Shown here: piece by piece, positions 1 to 9,585 of the stretch | Layout of the letters: each line of letters opens with the position of its first letter | Numbering within the stretch: position 1 is the first letter of the stretch | Origin: an uncultured virus (IMG/VR IMGVR_UViG_3300049139_000197) | Lineage: Duplodnaviria > Heunggongvirae > Uroviricota > Caudoviricetes | Virus record (IMG/VR): IMGVR_UViG_3300049139_000197 | Direction: 5' to 3' (one strand) | DNA: 64,000 bases | Position numbers and translations under genes: made by a program | Notes under the pieces: generated by a model | Told to the model about the DNA's origin: nothing | The model's input: the letters and a program-made list of their open reading frames with translations, nothing else | Database searches by the model: none

Positions 1-112
1 GCCCTGCCCGAGGCCGCACCGGCAGGGGGGTGGCTGTCGATGCGGCCTCGGGCAGGGCCAGAGGGGGTGGGGGCCCAGCCGTGTCGGCTCGGTCCGGGCC
101 CCCGGGGGGGGA

Positions 113-502
113 TCAGTCGGTGTGAATCGATCCGGATGCGTTGGATGCGTGCTGGTGAAGGTCGGGGTCGGCGAGGTCATACACGAGGAGTTCGCCGTGG
201 AGTTGGGTGTTCTTCTGCCGGTCGAGCGGCAGGTGCCGCAGGGCCGGGTTCGAGTCGGGGTTGGTGAGGCGGGCGACGAGCTGGCCGATGGCGGTCAGGA
301 CGTCGGTGCCGTCGGGGGAACCGGCGAGGGTGACGATGAGGAGCTGGGTCTGTTCGGTGGTGAGGCGTTCCAGGGCGAGGAGTCGCAGGCCGTCGCGGAT
401 GAGGTCGATGCCGGCGTGGACGTCTTCCAGGTCCTGGAGGAGGCCACCGAGTTCGGTTCCGTCGAGCGGGGGCACGGCGCTGGCCGGAGTGTGGACGTCC
501 AT
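113..502 (-). CDS. hypothetical protein
   Basis: Starts MDVHTPAS; ATG overlaps the upstream stop (TGATG); GC3-rich codons. Confidence 0.7.
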   Translation of the reverse strand: MDVHTPASAVPPLDGTELGGLLQDLEDVHAGIDLIRDGLRLLALERLTTEQTQLLIVTLAGSPDGTDVLTAIGQLVARLTNPDSNPALRHLPLDRQKNTQLHGELLVYDLADPDLHQHASNASGSIHTD

Positions 503-1038
503 CAGAGTTCGCCGTCCCACTCGCCGGTCATCTCCTCGTAGGCTTCGGCGGCTTCGCCGGGGCGGTCGGAGGAGAGGACGTCGTCCAGGAGGCTGATGGG
601 GTCGATGCTGTCGAACAGGTCGGTGACGTCGGCGTACAGGTCGGGGTCGTTCTGGGCGACCGCGGCCGCGGACCACTCCCCCGAGGCGATGGCCTCGCCG
701 TTACCGGCCTGCGCTCGCGCCTTCAGCTCGGCGAGGCGCCAAGCCATGCTGGCTTCGTCGGCGCCGATGAGCTCGTCGATGGCCGGCTGCATCTGCTGCA
801 CTGCGGCGCGCAGCTTGTCGTCCTCGACGCTCTCACTGGCCATGTAGGCGTTGATCGAGTCGACGGCGTCGGCGATGGCCTCGGCGGTCTTCGCGGTGAC
901 GTGGATCGTGTGGCCGGTGTCGGCGGGGCCGATCCGGATGGGGACGCTGCTGGTGTCGCCCTGGTCGCGGACGCAGGCGAGGAGGAGAAGCGCTTCGGCG
1001 AGGTGGGCGATGGCCCGCTGGGTCTGGTCGTCGTTCAT
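502..1038 (-). CDS. hypothetical protein (acidic, 178 aa)
   Basis: Translationally coupled to both neighbours; typical composition. Confidence 0.75.
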   Translation of the reverse strand: MNDDQTQRAIAHLAEALLLLACVRDQGDTSSVPIRIGPADTGHTIHVTAKTAEAIADAVDSINAYMASESVEDDKLRAAVQQMQPAIDELIGADEASMAWRLAELKARAQAGNGEAIASGEWSAAAVAQNDPDLYADVTDLFDSIDPISLLDDVLSSDRPGEAAEAYEEMTGEWDGEL

Positions 1039-1235
1039 GCCTGCACCGCCTTGACGACGAACTGGTCGGTGGTGAGGTCCATGACGACGGTGGCGGGGAT
1101 GCCCTCGGCGCGGCGCCGGGCCGCGAACTCCTCCGCCGGCCAGCTGCCACGCGGGGCGCCAGCGGGGAACGTCTCAAGGACGGTGGTGTCAGAGGTGGGG
1201 GCGACGGTCAGGACTTGTGTGCGATCCTGGCTCAT
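1035..1235 (-). CDS. small hypothetical protein
   Basis: 66 aa; AGGAGG RBS upstream; ATGA overlap with the next gene. Confidence 0.7.
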   Translation of the reverse strand: MSQDRTQVLTVAPTSDTTVLETFPAGAPRGSWPAEEFAARRRAEGIPATVVMDLTTDQFVVKAVQA

Positions 1236-1333
1236 AGCGGATCACGCCTCCTGGTTGGTCAGGAATGGCTGTTCTGCGAGGCCCTGGGCATTTGGTGCAG
1301 CCACACCGCCGCCTGGGGCCGTTTGCTTTGTGG

Positions 1334-1537
1334 CTAGGCCACGGCCGATTCGCGGAGGAACTCAGCGACGGCAGACTCAGGGATCCGGAGGCCACGGCGG
1401 CGGATCGTGCCCTGACCGATGTGGTGGGAGCGCAGCCGGCCAGATCCGGCGAGCCGGTAGACCGTCGTCACGTGCACCTTCAGGCGCTGCGCCACTTCGC
1501 CAGCCTTCAGCAGGTCATCCGTCTTCTTAGCCTCCAT
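1334..1537 (-). CDS. excisionase-like helix-turn-helix DNA-binding protein
   Basis: LLKAGEVAQRLKVHVTTVYRL...GRL...LRIPESAVAEFL, the typical HTH_17/Xis pattern; AAGGAG RBS. Confidence 0.8.
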   Translation of the reverse strand: MEAKKTDDLLKAGEVAQRLKVHVTTVYRLAGSGRLRSHHIGQGTIRRRGLRIPESAVAEFLRESAVA

Positions 1538-1582
1538 CTGCGTCTCCTTGTCTGTTTGTGGTACCAGCCCCTTGCTGGTACA

Positions 1583-1629
1583 TCTCTATAGAACTGCTCC
1601 TCTCTATAGAAGTCAAGCTCTCCATAGAA
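1583..1629. promoter_or_regulatory. three TCTC(T/C)ATAGAA operator-like repeats at 18-bp period
   Basis: Copies at 1583, 1601 and 1619 upstream of the Xis-like gene; a fourth copy at 2558-2568. Confidence 0.7.
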
Positions 1630-1648
1630 GCAGGATGAGCAATGGCGC

Positions 1649-1680
1649 AAAAAAGCCCCCACCGGCGTCCGGTGAGGGCT
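1649..1680 (-). terminator. intrinsic terminator after the GntR gene
   Basis: GCCCCCACCGG/CCGGTGAGGGC stem followed by a U tract on the minus strand. Confidence 0.7.
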
Positions 1681-1697
1681 GAGGGGGCCTGTCAGGG

Positions 1698-2456
1698 CTA
1701 GGAGGTGAAGTCGTACTCCAGCACGTACTTCGAGGAGCTCATCGTCATCTCGTTGATCTCGACGACCTGGCCCTGCTCATCGACAGCCGTGCGGGCCACG
1801 AGAATCACGGGCGTGGCGGGCGGAAGCCGCAAGGCTTGGGCCTCGGACGGCATCGGCATGCGGACTCGGATCTCTTCACGGAACCGGGCCGGCTTGTAGC
1901 CCAACTCTGCAAGGCGCGCGTAGGTTCCGCCTGGACCCGTATCGGGCTCAGTGATCCGAGACCCAGCAACCAGGCTGGCCGGCAGGTACGAGACTGCCCG
2001 ATTGACCGGCTCCCCATCGACGACAAAGGTCCGACTGCGTCGCCAAACGCGAGCCCCTTCGGGGAGTCCCATAGCAACGGCGATTCGCTGCGGCACGTCC
2101 ACCTCGACCACCTCGAGGTCCACCGTCTCCAGTGGTCGATCCTCGATGTCGGCTGCCCAAATCGACTTGCCACTGCCCCATTGGCTTTGTGAGAGCCGAG
2201 AGACGGCATTTCGCCTGATGGGCCGGAACAACCGGACGTAGATCCCAGATCCCCTGCGGGGCTCCGTCAAACCTTCATCGCGCAAGACGGCCAGCGCTTG
2301 CCTAGCCGTGTTGCGCGCTACGCCGTAGTCGCTCATGAGCTGGTTCTCGCCAGGGATCTTTGCCCCGGGCGGGAACTCGCCCGATTCGATGGCGCGCCGC
2401 AGTTCGTCCGCGATCTGCTGGTATCGCGGACGCGCGGGCTGCGGCTCCGTGGGCAA
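1698..2456 (-). CDS. GntR/HutC-family transcriptional regulator (KorSA-like, UTRA domain)
   Basis: PRYQQIADELRRAI..G..PGAKIPGENQL...YGVARNTARQAL..L..EGL..RRGSG HTH plus a UTRA-like C-terminus. Confidence 0.92.
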   Translation of the reverse strand: MPTEPQPARPRYQQIADELRRAIESGEFPPGAKIPGENQLMSDYGVARNTARQALAVLRDEGLTEPRRGSGIYVRLFRPIRRNAVSRLSQSQWGSGKSIWAADIEDRPLETVDLEVVEVDVPQRIAVAMGLPEGARVWRRSRTFVVDGEPVNRAVSYLPASLVAGSRITEPDTGPGGTYARLAELGYKPARFREEIRVRMPMPSEAQALRLPPATPVILVARTAVDEQGQVVEINEMTMSSSKYVLEYDFTS

Positions 2457-2557
2457 AGGTCCTCCTCGGACGTGGGTGCGGTTCTCTAGACAACAACGCT
2501 ATCGCTGTCTTGGCGTTGGCTCAGGTCGGGGTTCCACCGGAAGCAGGGGTGATAACT

Positions 2558-2568
2558 TCTCTATAGAA
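2558..2568. promoter_or_regulatory. operator-like TCTCTATAGAA copy upstream of the GntR gene
   Basis: Identical to the 1583 and 1601 repeats. Confidence 0.6.
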
Positions 2569-2901
2569 CTGTATCCTGAGGGTCAGGATCAAGTACCCAG
2601 CACTCGGGAAGGCGTCGAGGCGAGATCATGGCCGAGTGGGACTCCAATCCTTGATCGCCTACACGTACGACAGAGATCAGTTAGCACCTGACGGCAAGGA
2701 GCATGCGGATGCGTAGCCCGCCGATAAGGCGGGCGGCCGGCCGGTTCACCACAAACCGCCGACCGCCCTTTCGGCCGCTGACCTGCGAAGTCGCGCGGCC
2801 TTGACCGACCAACCCATACCAGGAAGGCAGTCACAGGTGACTCTACTTGTTTGCGATGCTCTCGCGCTGCCTCCGGTTCTTCGGACCCGGGGAGCAGCAC
2901 G

Positions 2902-3198
2902 TTGAAGAAACCCGACCCGAGGACGGTCGACGCCATCCCCCCAGTCGTCACCTTCGCTACTGGCGCCGAGCTCCTCGTACGACTCGGCAAGGCGAAGAAC
3001 ATGACCCGGGAGGGCGTCCGCCGTCTGGCCAAGCATCCCGACTGGCCGTTCGGCCCGGACCGCCCGTACCCGTACTGGCCGTTGGCCAACGCGGAGGCGA
3101 TGGAGACCGGCCCGTTCCTGAAGTTCGTCGACGACCATCCGATCGTCGGCCGCGGGCCGGACAAGGCGCCGCGCCGCGGCAACACGAGCACGTCGTAA
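2902..3198 (+). CDS. hypothetical protein, possibly DNA-binding
   Basis: TTG start after GGGGAG; GC3-rich; start uncertain. Confidence 0.6.
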   Translation: MKKPDPRTVDAIPPVVTFATGAELLVRLGKAKNMTREGVRRLAKHPDWPFGPDRPYPYWPLANAEAMETGPFLKFVDDHPIVGRGPDKAPRRGNTSTS

Positions 3199-3431
3199 TG
3201 GTCACCGGGCCCGAGATCGCAGCCTCGGTGTCCCGGCGCGCGGAACGGCCGGCCCGTGAGGAGTTCGCAGCTTCTCCAGGCCGGCCGTTCAGGCAAGTCA
3301 CAGCGGGTGTCAGCCCGCTGCATCAGAAGTCCCAACTCGCGAGAGCAGGTACCCGTCGTGTTTAGGGTAGCCGTACCACTCAGCCTTACCGCAAGTAGCC
3401 TCCGCATGATCCTCCGCACGGAGGCCAAGGC

Positions 3432-4421
3432 GTGAACATTGAGCGTGGCCCCCGAAAAGAGCGCGGCTTCGTCATCATCGACAACGCGTTGGCCCAGAAC
3501 AACCGTCTCTCGTTCGGTGCGCGGGGTCTGGCTGAGTACCTGCTGAGTCTGCCGCCTGGAACGAAGGTGGATATCCGCTCGCTGGCTGCGGACAACCCGG
3601 AAGGCCGGGATGCGATCGCGGGCTACATGAACGAGCTGGAGACGGAACGGTACCTGGTACGTACGCGTGCACAGGGCGAGCGCGGCCGGTTCGTCACGAC
3701 GACGACCATCCACGAGGAGCCACAGGACCCGTCCACGCTGCCGGCCAGCCTCCCGAAGCCGTGGAGCAAGGCGAAGAAGGCTGGCCGGTCTCACTTGGCG
3801 GCCGTCCCGGAAACTTCGGAGACTCAGGAGTTTTCGCAGGTGGGACCGAATCCCGCTCCGCCGGACTTCGGTGGACCGAACTTCGGTCGACCGGCTCCCG
3901 GCGGACCGGATGTCGGCGAGGCGGGAGTTAACCCCTACGGGGTTAAAGAACCGGGGGAAAGTACCTCCTCCTCCCTCGTACGCGAGGAGACGGTGGCCGA
4001 TTCAGTGGCTGAGGACCTGGGAGGGGGAGGAGGTGATGCTCCGCAGCAGCAAGAGCAAGAAGCAGCTGCGGCTGCCTTCGTGGACCGCCTGCCCTATCGG
4101 GGACGGATTCCGGGCCCTCGGCAGCGCGCCCACCTGATCGACCGCGTACGGGCGGCTCTGGCGGCTGGCTGGACCGACTGGGCACTGCGGGCGCAGCTGA
4201 CAGATGAGACGGACTCCGCTAAGTCTCTGGCGGCTGTGTACAGGCACCGCTTGGAGCCCGAGCACCTTCCCGCCCCTCCTCCGCTGCCGAGCCCTCGGAG
4301 TGGCGATCAGGCGGCTCCGCAGCATGTGCGGAAGGCGAAGTGTCCCGAGTGTCACAGGCCGCTGCGAAACTCCACCGAGGACGCCCTGTGCTCCGACTGC
4401 CGAGAGGACGTGACCGCGTGA
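3432..4421 (+). CDS. phage replication initiator / replisome-organiser-like HTH protein with C-terminal Zn finger
   Basis: F.IIDNALAQNNRLSFGARGLAEYLLSLP...GRDAIAGYMNELETERYL winged-helix N-terminus; CPEC...CSDC at the C-terminus. Confidence 0.7.
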   Translation: MNIERGPRKERGFVIIDNALAQNNRLSFGARGLAEYLLSLPPGTKVDIRSLAADNPEGRDAIAGYMNELETERYLVRTRAQGERGRFVTTTTIHEEPQDPSTLPASLPKPWSKAKKAGRSHLAAVPETSETQEFSQVGPNPAPPDFGGPNFGRPAPGGPDVGEAGVNPYGVKEPGESTSSSLVREETVADSVAEDLGGGGGDAPQQQEQEAAAAAFVDRLPYRGRIPGPRQRAHLIDRVRAALAAGWTDWALRAQLTDETDSAKSLAAVYRHRLEPEHLPAPPPLPSPRSGDQAAPQHVRKAKCPECHRPLRNSTEDALCSDCREDVTA

Positions 4422-5104
4422 CCAGCCATGGGCGAGTTCTGTGCTCGACGCACCGTCTGTACGGCATGGAGTGCGTGGAGTTCGAGGCGCTTCGGGCCCG
4501 CGCGGCAGGATGCTGCGAGGCGTGCGGCGTGCTTGAGGAGGAGGCTGGCCTAGGACGGCTGATCATCGACCATGATCATCGGTACGGGCGGGAAGCGGTG
4601 CGTGGCCTTATCTGCTCGTCGTGCAACAGCCAACTGAGCGTGCTGGAGAACTACCACCCGTACAAGGAGCTGGCTGCCGACCGCCAGTTCGAGACGTACC
4701 TGTCCCGGGCGTGGTTCGCCCAGGTCGCTAGGTTCGTCAAGCTGGCTGGCCGGCTGCCCTACCCGCCCGATCAGGACGTGCGGCGTCTGATGGAAGCGGC
4801 ACTGCGCACCCAAAGTCTGGTACGCCTTCAAAAGGCGGTACAGCAGCATCCGGAGCTGGATGTCATCCGGTTTGGCGGCCCAGGGGATCTTCGGATTTCA
4901 GTGCGGGCGACGTATCGGACGGCAACGCCGAGTCGGTACGTGGTGCGGGCGACCTTGCCTCGACTCCAGGGAGCGACGTTCACCTTCCGCGACATGTCTA
5001 TCGAGCGCCAAGGCAGCCCGGTAGAGACGTATACGGATCTGACAGTTGGTTTGCGGGCCTTGCGGCAGCGGCTCCGTGAGGATGCCCGAGTCGGGTCTGC
5101 CTGA
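4418..5104 (+). CDS. recombination endonuclease VII domain protein
   Basis: YGM...CEACG...LIIDHDH..G..VRGLICSSCN motif; GTGA overlap with the upstream gene. Confidence 0.8.
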   Translation: MTSHGRVLCSTHRLYGMECVEFEALRARAAGCCEACGVLEEEAGLGRLIIDHDHRYGREAVRGLICSSCNSQLSVLENYHPYKELAADRQFETYLSRAWFAQVARFVKLAGRLPYPPDQDVRRLMEAALRTQSLVRLQKAVQQHPELDVIRFGGPGDLRISVRATYRTATPSRYVVRATLPRLQGATFTFRDMSIERQGSPVETYTDLTVGLRALRQRLREDARVGSA

Positions 5105-5145
5105 CTGACTGCTCCCGACGTAGCGCTGAGCGTGGACCTTGAAAG

Positions 5146-5177
5146 GCATTGCCATGCAATGCTCATGCGGGTACTTT
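5146..5177 (+). promoter_or_regulatory. conserved promoter/operator copy 1 (TTGCCA-17-TACTTT)
   Basis: GCATTGCCATGCAATGC near-palindrome overlapping a sigma70-type -35 box. Confidence 0.75.
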
Positions 5178-5315
5178 GGAACCCCGGATGGGGAAGCCGA
5201 GCCCAGCAAGCCGAGACCTCCCCATCCGGGGGACTCCACGGTGCCCTCCCATGGGAAGGTCCGCCTGCGCAGTCTGGACCGTCCAGCCGCAGGAACCTTC
5301 CCAACGGGGGCCACC

Positions 5316-5501
5316 ATGACCAGTTCCGCTACCCAGAACGGCCAGATCCCGACCGACCCGACCACCGCCCTGCTCCTGGCACTTGCCCTAGCAGGCGTCG
5401 CCACTCAGCTCACAGCCGACCAGGCCCAAGCCGTCATTGCCGCTGGATGCATCGCCGAGTTCGTCCTGATGATCCTGCACGTTGCCCGAGGAGGGAGGTA
5501 G
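5316..5501 (+). CDS. small membrane protein
   Basis: 61 aa with two hydrophobic segments; downstream of the promoter motif. Confidence 0.5.
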   Translation: MTSSATQNGQIPTDPTTALLLALALAGVATQLTADQAQAVIAAGCIAEFVLMILHVARGGR

Positions 5502-5573
5502 CACCACCGCCCCGGCCCGGCCGCTCTTCCCCATGGCGGCCGGCCCCCATTCGGATGTTGGAAGGAGAGCGTC

Positions 5574-5768
5574 ATGCAAGCAACTCTGGAGGCCCGAACC
5601 GGCACCGAGGCCAGCCTGGACCTCAACCACATCTACTGCTGCTCCCCGGACGTTTCACTCTGCGGGCTGGACATCAGCCAGCATCCCGAAGTCGACACCG
5701 ACGACGACATGTGTGTGGTGTGCGAGGACCTTGAGGACGGCCCCTGCGCCTGCATCGATCCCAGTTGA
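5574..5768 (+). CDS. small Cys-rich hypothetical protein
   Basis: AAGGAG RBS; H.YCC..LCG..CVVC motif. Confidence 0.65.
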   Translation: MQATLEARTGTEASLDLNHIYCCSPDVSLCGLDISQHPEVDTDDDMCVVCEDLEDGPCACIDPS

Positions 5769-5780
5769 CGCTTCCAGGCG

Positions 5781-5814
5781 CGGCGCCCCCAGGTCTTCGG
5801 TCCTGGGGGCGCCG
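5781..5814. terminator. bidirectional hairpin
   Basis: CGGCGCCCCCAGG/CCTGGGGGCGCCG stem between convergent genes. Confidence 0.65.
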
Positions 5815-5829
5815 TCGCGTCTTCCGGCT

Positions 5830-6111
5830 TCAGTCGAGGGCGCCGACGCCCTGCGTGGTGGCCTGCACCAAATCCGGGTTGGCGCCATCGGCCGGCACCA
5901 CGATCCGGATCAGGTTCAGGTCGTGCAGGCGCAGCATCGCCCCGTACAGGCCGAGCTGCTTCTCCGTCCACGCCTCCCGTGCCGGGTCTTCCTCCGGGGC
6001 GCCGGCGTCGAACGTGGGCGGGTGGATGGTATGGAAGAAACTGGAAGGTGCGACAGGCTCCTTCGACTGCGAGATCAGCTCAAGGAGGCGTCGTTCGTCA
6101 TCGGACAGCAT
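5830..6111 (-). CDS. hypothetical protein
   Basis: MLSDDERRLLELI..., protein-like composition. Confidence 0.6.
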   Translation of the reverse strand: MLSDDERRLLELISQSKEPVAPSSFFHTIHPPTFDAGAPEEDPAREAWTEKQLGLYGAMLRLHDLNLIRIVVPADGANPDLVQATTQGVGALD

Positions 6112-6249
6112 GACCGCAGGGTAGAGGCACCCACCGACAGTTGCTGCGCCCTCGGGTCTTCGGGCCTGGGGGCGTTCGTGTTTCCCGGCGTGGCCGGTGT
6201 GGTCGCGGGTACGATCCGCCCACACCAGCACCACCCCGGGGGGAACCGC

Positions 6250-6810
6250 ATGCGCTACACCACCGTCATCACCGCCGCACTGCTCTGCGCCCTCACCGCC
6301 TGCGGCAGTAGCAGCGACGATGGCAAGCCGACTGTCACCAAAGCCTCTGACACCCCAAGCCCGACGCCGACGCCCTCGCCGAGCGAAGAGCAGCTGGAAT
6401 TCAAGCTCGGCGACACTGCGAACATCACCACGGCCGAGGGCGCTTTCACCGCCGCCGCCCTCTCCTACCGAGACACAGGCATCCACAGCAGCGTCCCCGA
6501 CCTGCTGGAGAGCGGGCAGAAGTGGGCGATCGTGGAAGCCAAATACTGCAACAAGGGCAAGGAAACGGTGACGGTCTCGCCGTTCCCGTGGTCCCTGGCC
6601 TACGAGGACGGCGCGCGGGTGGAGGCAACCCACCTGAGCGGAGCCGATCTGCCGCCACCGCTGTACCCGATGGACGCCAAGGTGAAGGCGGGGGACTGTG
6701 TACGGGGCAACATCACGTTTCAGGTGCCCACCGACGGCCGGCCGGATCGGGTGTTCTACTCGCCGGAGGTGTTGGATGAGCCAGTGGAGTGGCAGGTGAC
6801 GAAGGGGTGA
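6250..6810 (+). CDS. lipoprotein, DUF4352-like (possible superinfection-exclusion protein)
   Basis: Lipobox LTAC, Pro/Thr linker, Ig-like fold pattern (KLGDT...KAGDCVRGNITFQVP). Confidence 0.75.
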   Translation: MRYTTVITAALLCALTACGSSSDDGKPTVTKASDTPSPTPTPSPSEEQLEFKLGDTANITTAEGAFTAAALSYRDTGIHSSVPDLLESGQKWAIVEAKYCNKGKETVTVSPFPWSLAYEDGARVEATHLSGADLPPPLYPMDAKVKAGDCVRGNITFQVPTDGRPDRVFYSPEVLDEPVEWQVTKG

Positions 6811-6835
6811 CGGGCGCGCCTTGAGCGACCGCGCG

Positions 6836-6867
6836 CGGCGCCCCTGGGCCACGGCCTGGGGGCGCCG
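6836..6867. terminator. bidirectional hairpin
   Basis: Inverted repeat between convergent lipoprotein genes; shares an arm with the 5781 hairpin. Confidence 0.6.
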
Positions 6868-6885
6868 TCGTGTGGGCCGGTGTGA

Positions 6886-7164
6886 CTACGGTTTCCCGGC
6901 GTCCTCAAGGAGCTTGTCCGGGTCGACCTTGCCGTCCTTCACCAACCCGCTGTCCTCCAAGCCCTGCGACAGGCGTAGCACGTCGTAGTCGTCCGGCTTC
7001 ACGCCCTCACACGCCTCGGGCTTGCTGTTGTCACCCTCGGCCCGGTCCTTCAACGCGGCCGCGCAGTCCGCGGTGATCTCCTCGTACGACTTCTCCGACG
7101 AGCAGCCGGCCACACCCCCCACAGCGAACAGGACGGCGAGCAGAGCGGTGGTGGTGCGGCGCAT
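6886..7164 (-). CDS. lipoprotein
   Basis: Signal peptide with VAGC lipobox. Confidence 0.75.
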   Translation of the reverse strand: MRRTTTALLAVLFAVGGVAGCSSEKSYEEITADCAAALKDRAEGDNSKPEACEGVKPDDYDVLRLSQGLEDSGLVKDGKVDPDKLLEDAGKP

Positions 7165-7250
7165 GGGATCCCCCGAGTGGTTCGAGCCTGTCCGGGGGCA
7201 TTCTGCGCCGCGTGGAGGGCGCCTGGAGGCGATGTGGCCGGACTGTGACG

Positions 7251-7706
7251 CTAGTCCGCTTCGGCCAGCATCTCGTCCAGAACCCGCCCGTCCTCCTCCA
7301 CCATCCCCAGCGCTGCGAACGTCGTCCCCGCTCTGTTCAGCAACTCCGCTGTCGAAGAGCAGCCCGGGAACCGGTACGCCAAGCGCTGCACCTCGGGCAA
7401 AGCCGGCTCGATGCGCTGTAGTGCGTCCAGGTACGCCTGCTCCTTCTCCATCTGCTCGGCCGCCTTGCGGCGCTTGCGGTCCAAGTCATCCAGCTTGGCC
7501 TTCACCTGCTTGCGTTCACCTGCCATGGACGCTCGGGCCATATCGGCGCAGTCCGCGAAGTCCAGTCCCGGCCAGTCGGCGTGTACGGCACGGATCCGTT
7601 CTACGAAGCGGAGGCAGGCTTCTTCAGGGAGGACGGCGCGGATCTGCTGGCTGAACTGGGCCAGGTGGGATTCGAACGCGTTGCCGGTAGGCGGGTTGGT
7701 CGTCAT
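7251..7706 (-). CDS. hypothetical coiled-coil protein
   Basis: 151-aa ORF with helical composition. Confidence 0.65.
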   Translation of the reverse strand: MTTNPPTGNAFESHLAQFSQQIRAVLPEEACLRFVERIRAVHADWPGLDFADCADMARASMAGERKQVKAKLDDLDRKRRKAAEQMEKEQAYLDALQRIEPALPEVQRLAYRFPGCSSTAELLNRAGTTFAALGMVEEDGRVLDEMLAEAD

Positions 7707-8177
7707 GCCTGGTTAACGAGAGAGCTGGTGGGCGGGAAGAGTGAACGTCACGCACCTCGACGTTCGAGGCTCCGCTACGCGGCGCTGCCGCGGTGCCCGG
7801 CTTCGTCTGGGTCCCCCATTGGTCGTGTCAGCCCGTCGTCCTCCACCGGCCGGCGCTCCGGCTGCGTATCGTCCAGCCGGTAGTAGTGCCGGCAGTCGTC
7901 ACACCGGTACTCGGCCAGGCCCGCATCGATCGTCAGCACCTCCCCCTTCGGGCATCGCCCGTCCCCGCGGCCCGCGCATTCCTGTTCCCAGGTGTCCCCC
8001 ATGGGTTGACGGTGCGTTGCGGTCGGTCTTGGTCGGCAGGGGTCTGACGGGGCGCGCAGGCGCCCGGCGGCGGCATACCGCCCCACGAGGCAGCGGCAGC
8101 CACCCCAGAACCCCACACACGGCCCCGCTGGCGCTGCAAGACTGACCAGCACGCCGACAACGACCCGAAGGGCCCGT

Positions 8178-8444
8178 ATGGACACCAACCAGTCCGGCAT
8201 CCCAACCGGCCCCATCGACCGCGAACCCCGCGACCATCCCACCGGCCACTACCCGACCGCCGCCGACCAAGAGGCCATCCTGCGCAGCACCCTCCAGGGC
8301 GCCGGGGTGGAGCTGGGCGAGTACGACGAGCGGATCGTGGCCTGGTTCGCGCAGTTCGCCGATTGGGGCACGTTCGCCGTGGTGACGTCGTGGGTGCAGC
8401 GGGCCAGCCAGGGCAGCAGCGGCGGCGGGGGAACGGGTTCCTGA
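8178..8444 (+). CDS. hypothetical protein
   Basis: 88 aa; GAAGGG RBS. Confidence 0.65.
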   Translation: MDTNQSGIPTGPIDREPRDHPTGHYPTAADQEAILRSTLQGAGVELGEYDERIVAWFAQFADWGTFAVVTSWVQRASQGSSGGGGTGS

Positions 8445-8595
8445 TTCGCTGTCATCCTCATGGTGTCCCGAGGCTCGGGACTCCTGAAGCGCCCCTGTGA
8501 GCCGACCGTTTCCGGTGAGGGGAAGTGCTGGGGAAGCCTCCGGTCGTCACGCCGGGGGCTTCTTCACGTCCTGGGTCCCCCTCGGGGCTGTATAA

Positions 8596-8627
8596 GCATT
8601 GCCATGCAATGCCTATACGGGTACTCT
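8596..8627 (+). promoter_or_regulatory. conserved promoter/operator copy 2 (TTGCCA-17-TACTCT)
   Basis: GCATTGCCATGCAATGCCTATACGGGTACT at the head of the 8.7-11.7 kb operon. Confidence 0.8.
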
Positions 8628-8724
8628 GAAGCCCTACCCACCCCCTGCGCGCACAGCCGGGGGAACACCGCACCCAAACCGCGGGACCCTACCCAACTAC
8701 GCCCCAACACCCGGGAGCCGCCCC

Positions 8725-9237
8725 ATGCCCGAGCACATTTCCACGCCCCTCACCCCCGAGCACGAGCACCAGATCCGCACCCTCGACCTCGAACCCCTCA
8801 TGCCCGACCGGTCCGCCGGCATCATCTCCGGCCACCTTGCGACACTCCTAGGTGAGATCGACCGACTGCGCGACGAACTTGCTGAGACGAAGGCCCTCAA
8901 CGACCCGCGACTGCGCGGACTCCTCGTCAAGACCGCACCCGACAGGGACCTGTACATCCAGTGGTCCACCGTCTGCGACATGCCTGGTGGTGTGTTCAGC
9001 CGGGAGACCGCCCTGAAGTACGGCTTCCCTCGCTCGAAGGTCGACCACGCCGACACGCACGGCAGCAGCTCTCGCATCGGCGACGGAGCCTGGGACGACA
9101 AGGGGTTCGTCGCGGAGCAGCGTGGCTGGCTGCGTCGTGACCGGCTGGGCGACTACGCCGTCGAGTACCTGCACGGCGACCGTGAGGCCGCATACGCGCT
9201 GCTGGAGCCCTTCGAGGACGACAAGCCCGCCGCCTGA
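8725..9237 (+). CDS. hypothetical protein
   Basis: GGGAG RBS; strong GC3 bias. Confidence 0.7.
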   Translation: MPEHISTPLTPEHEHQIRTLDLEPLMPDRSAGIISGHLATLLGEIDRLRDELAETKALNDPRLRGLLVKTAPDRDLYIQWSTVCDMPGGVFSRETALKYGFPRSKVDHADTHGSSSRIGDGAWDDKGFVAEQRGWLRRDRLGDYAVEYLHGDREAAYALLEPFEDDKPAA

Positions 9238-9354
9238 TGCCCCCGGTGTCGTTCGACATTCCCGCGCCGCTCGCCGGCCCCGCTATCGCCGCGTTCATCA
9301 CCGCCGTCTGCTTCCTCGCCCTCGTCAACTGGACCCACCCGGAGGACTAACCCC

Positions 9355-9582
9355 ATGCCCGACCAGCCCGCCGACGAACTCCGGGCCGCAGCTGAGACAC
9401 TGCGCCGCCTCGCAACCAACGCCACACCCGGCCACATCGCCGCCATGCACCCCGGCATCGGCACCGCCCTCGCCGACTGGCTCGATTCGGAAGCCGACCA
9501 CGGCAACAGCATCGACCCGGCCGCGCTCACCCTCGCACGACGCATCAGCGCCGTCGGTGCGCAGCAGCCGAAGGAGACCTGA
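9355..9582 (+). CDS. hypothetical protein (Ead/Ea22-like N-terminus)
   Basis: GGAGG RBS; LRRLATNATPG motif. Confidence 0.6.
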   Translation: MPDQPADELRAAAETLRRLATNATPGHIAAMHPGIGTALADWLDSEADHGNSIDPAALTLARRISAVGAQQPKET

Positions 9583-9585
9583 ACC

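Noticed and set aside
4418..5104. Endonuclease VII protein as the restriction partner of the methyltransferases
   Set aside because: It lies more than 30 kb away and is coupled to the replication gene; no evidence of linkage
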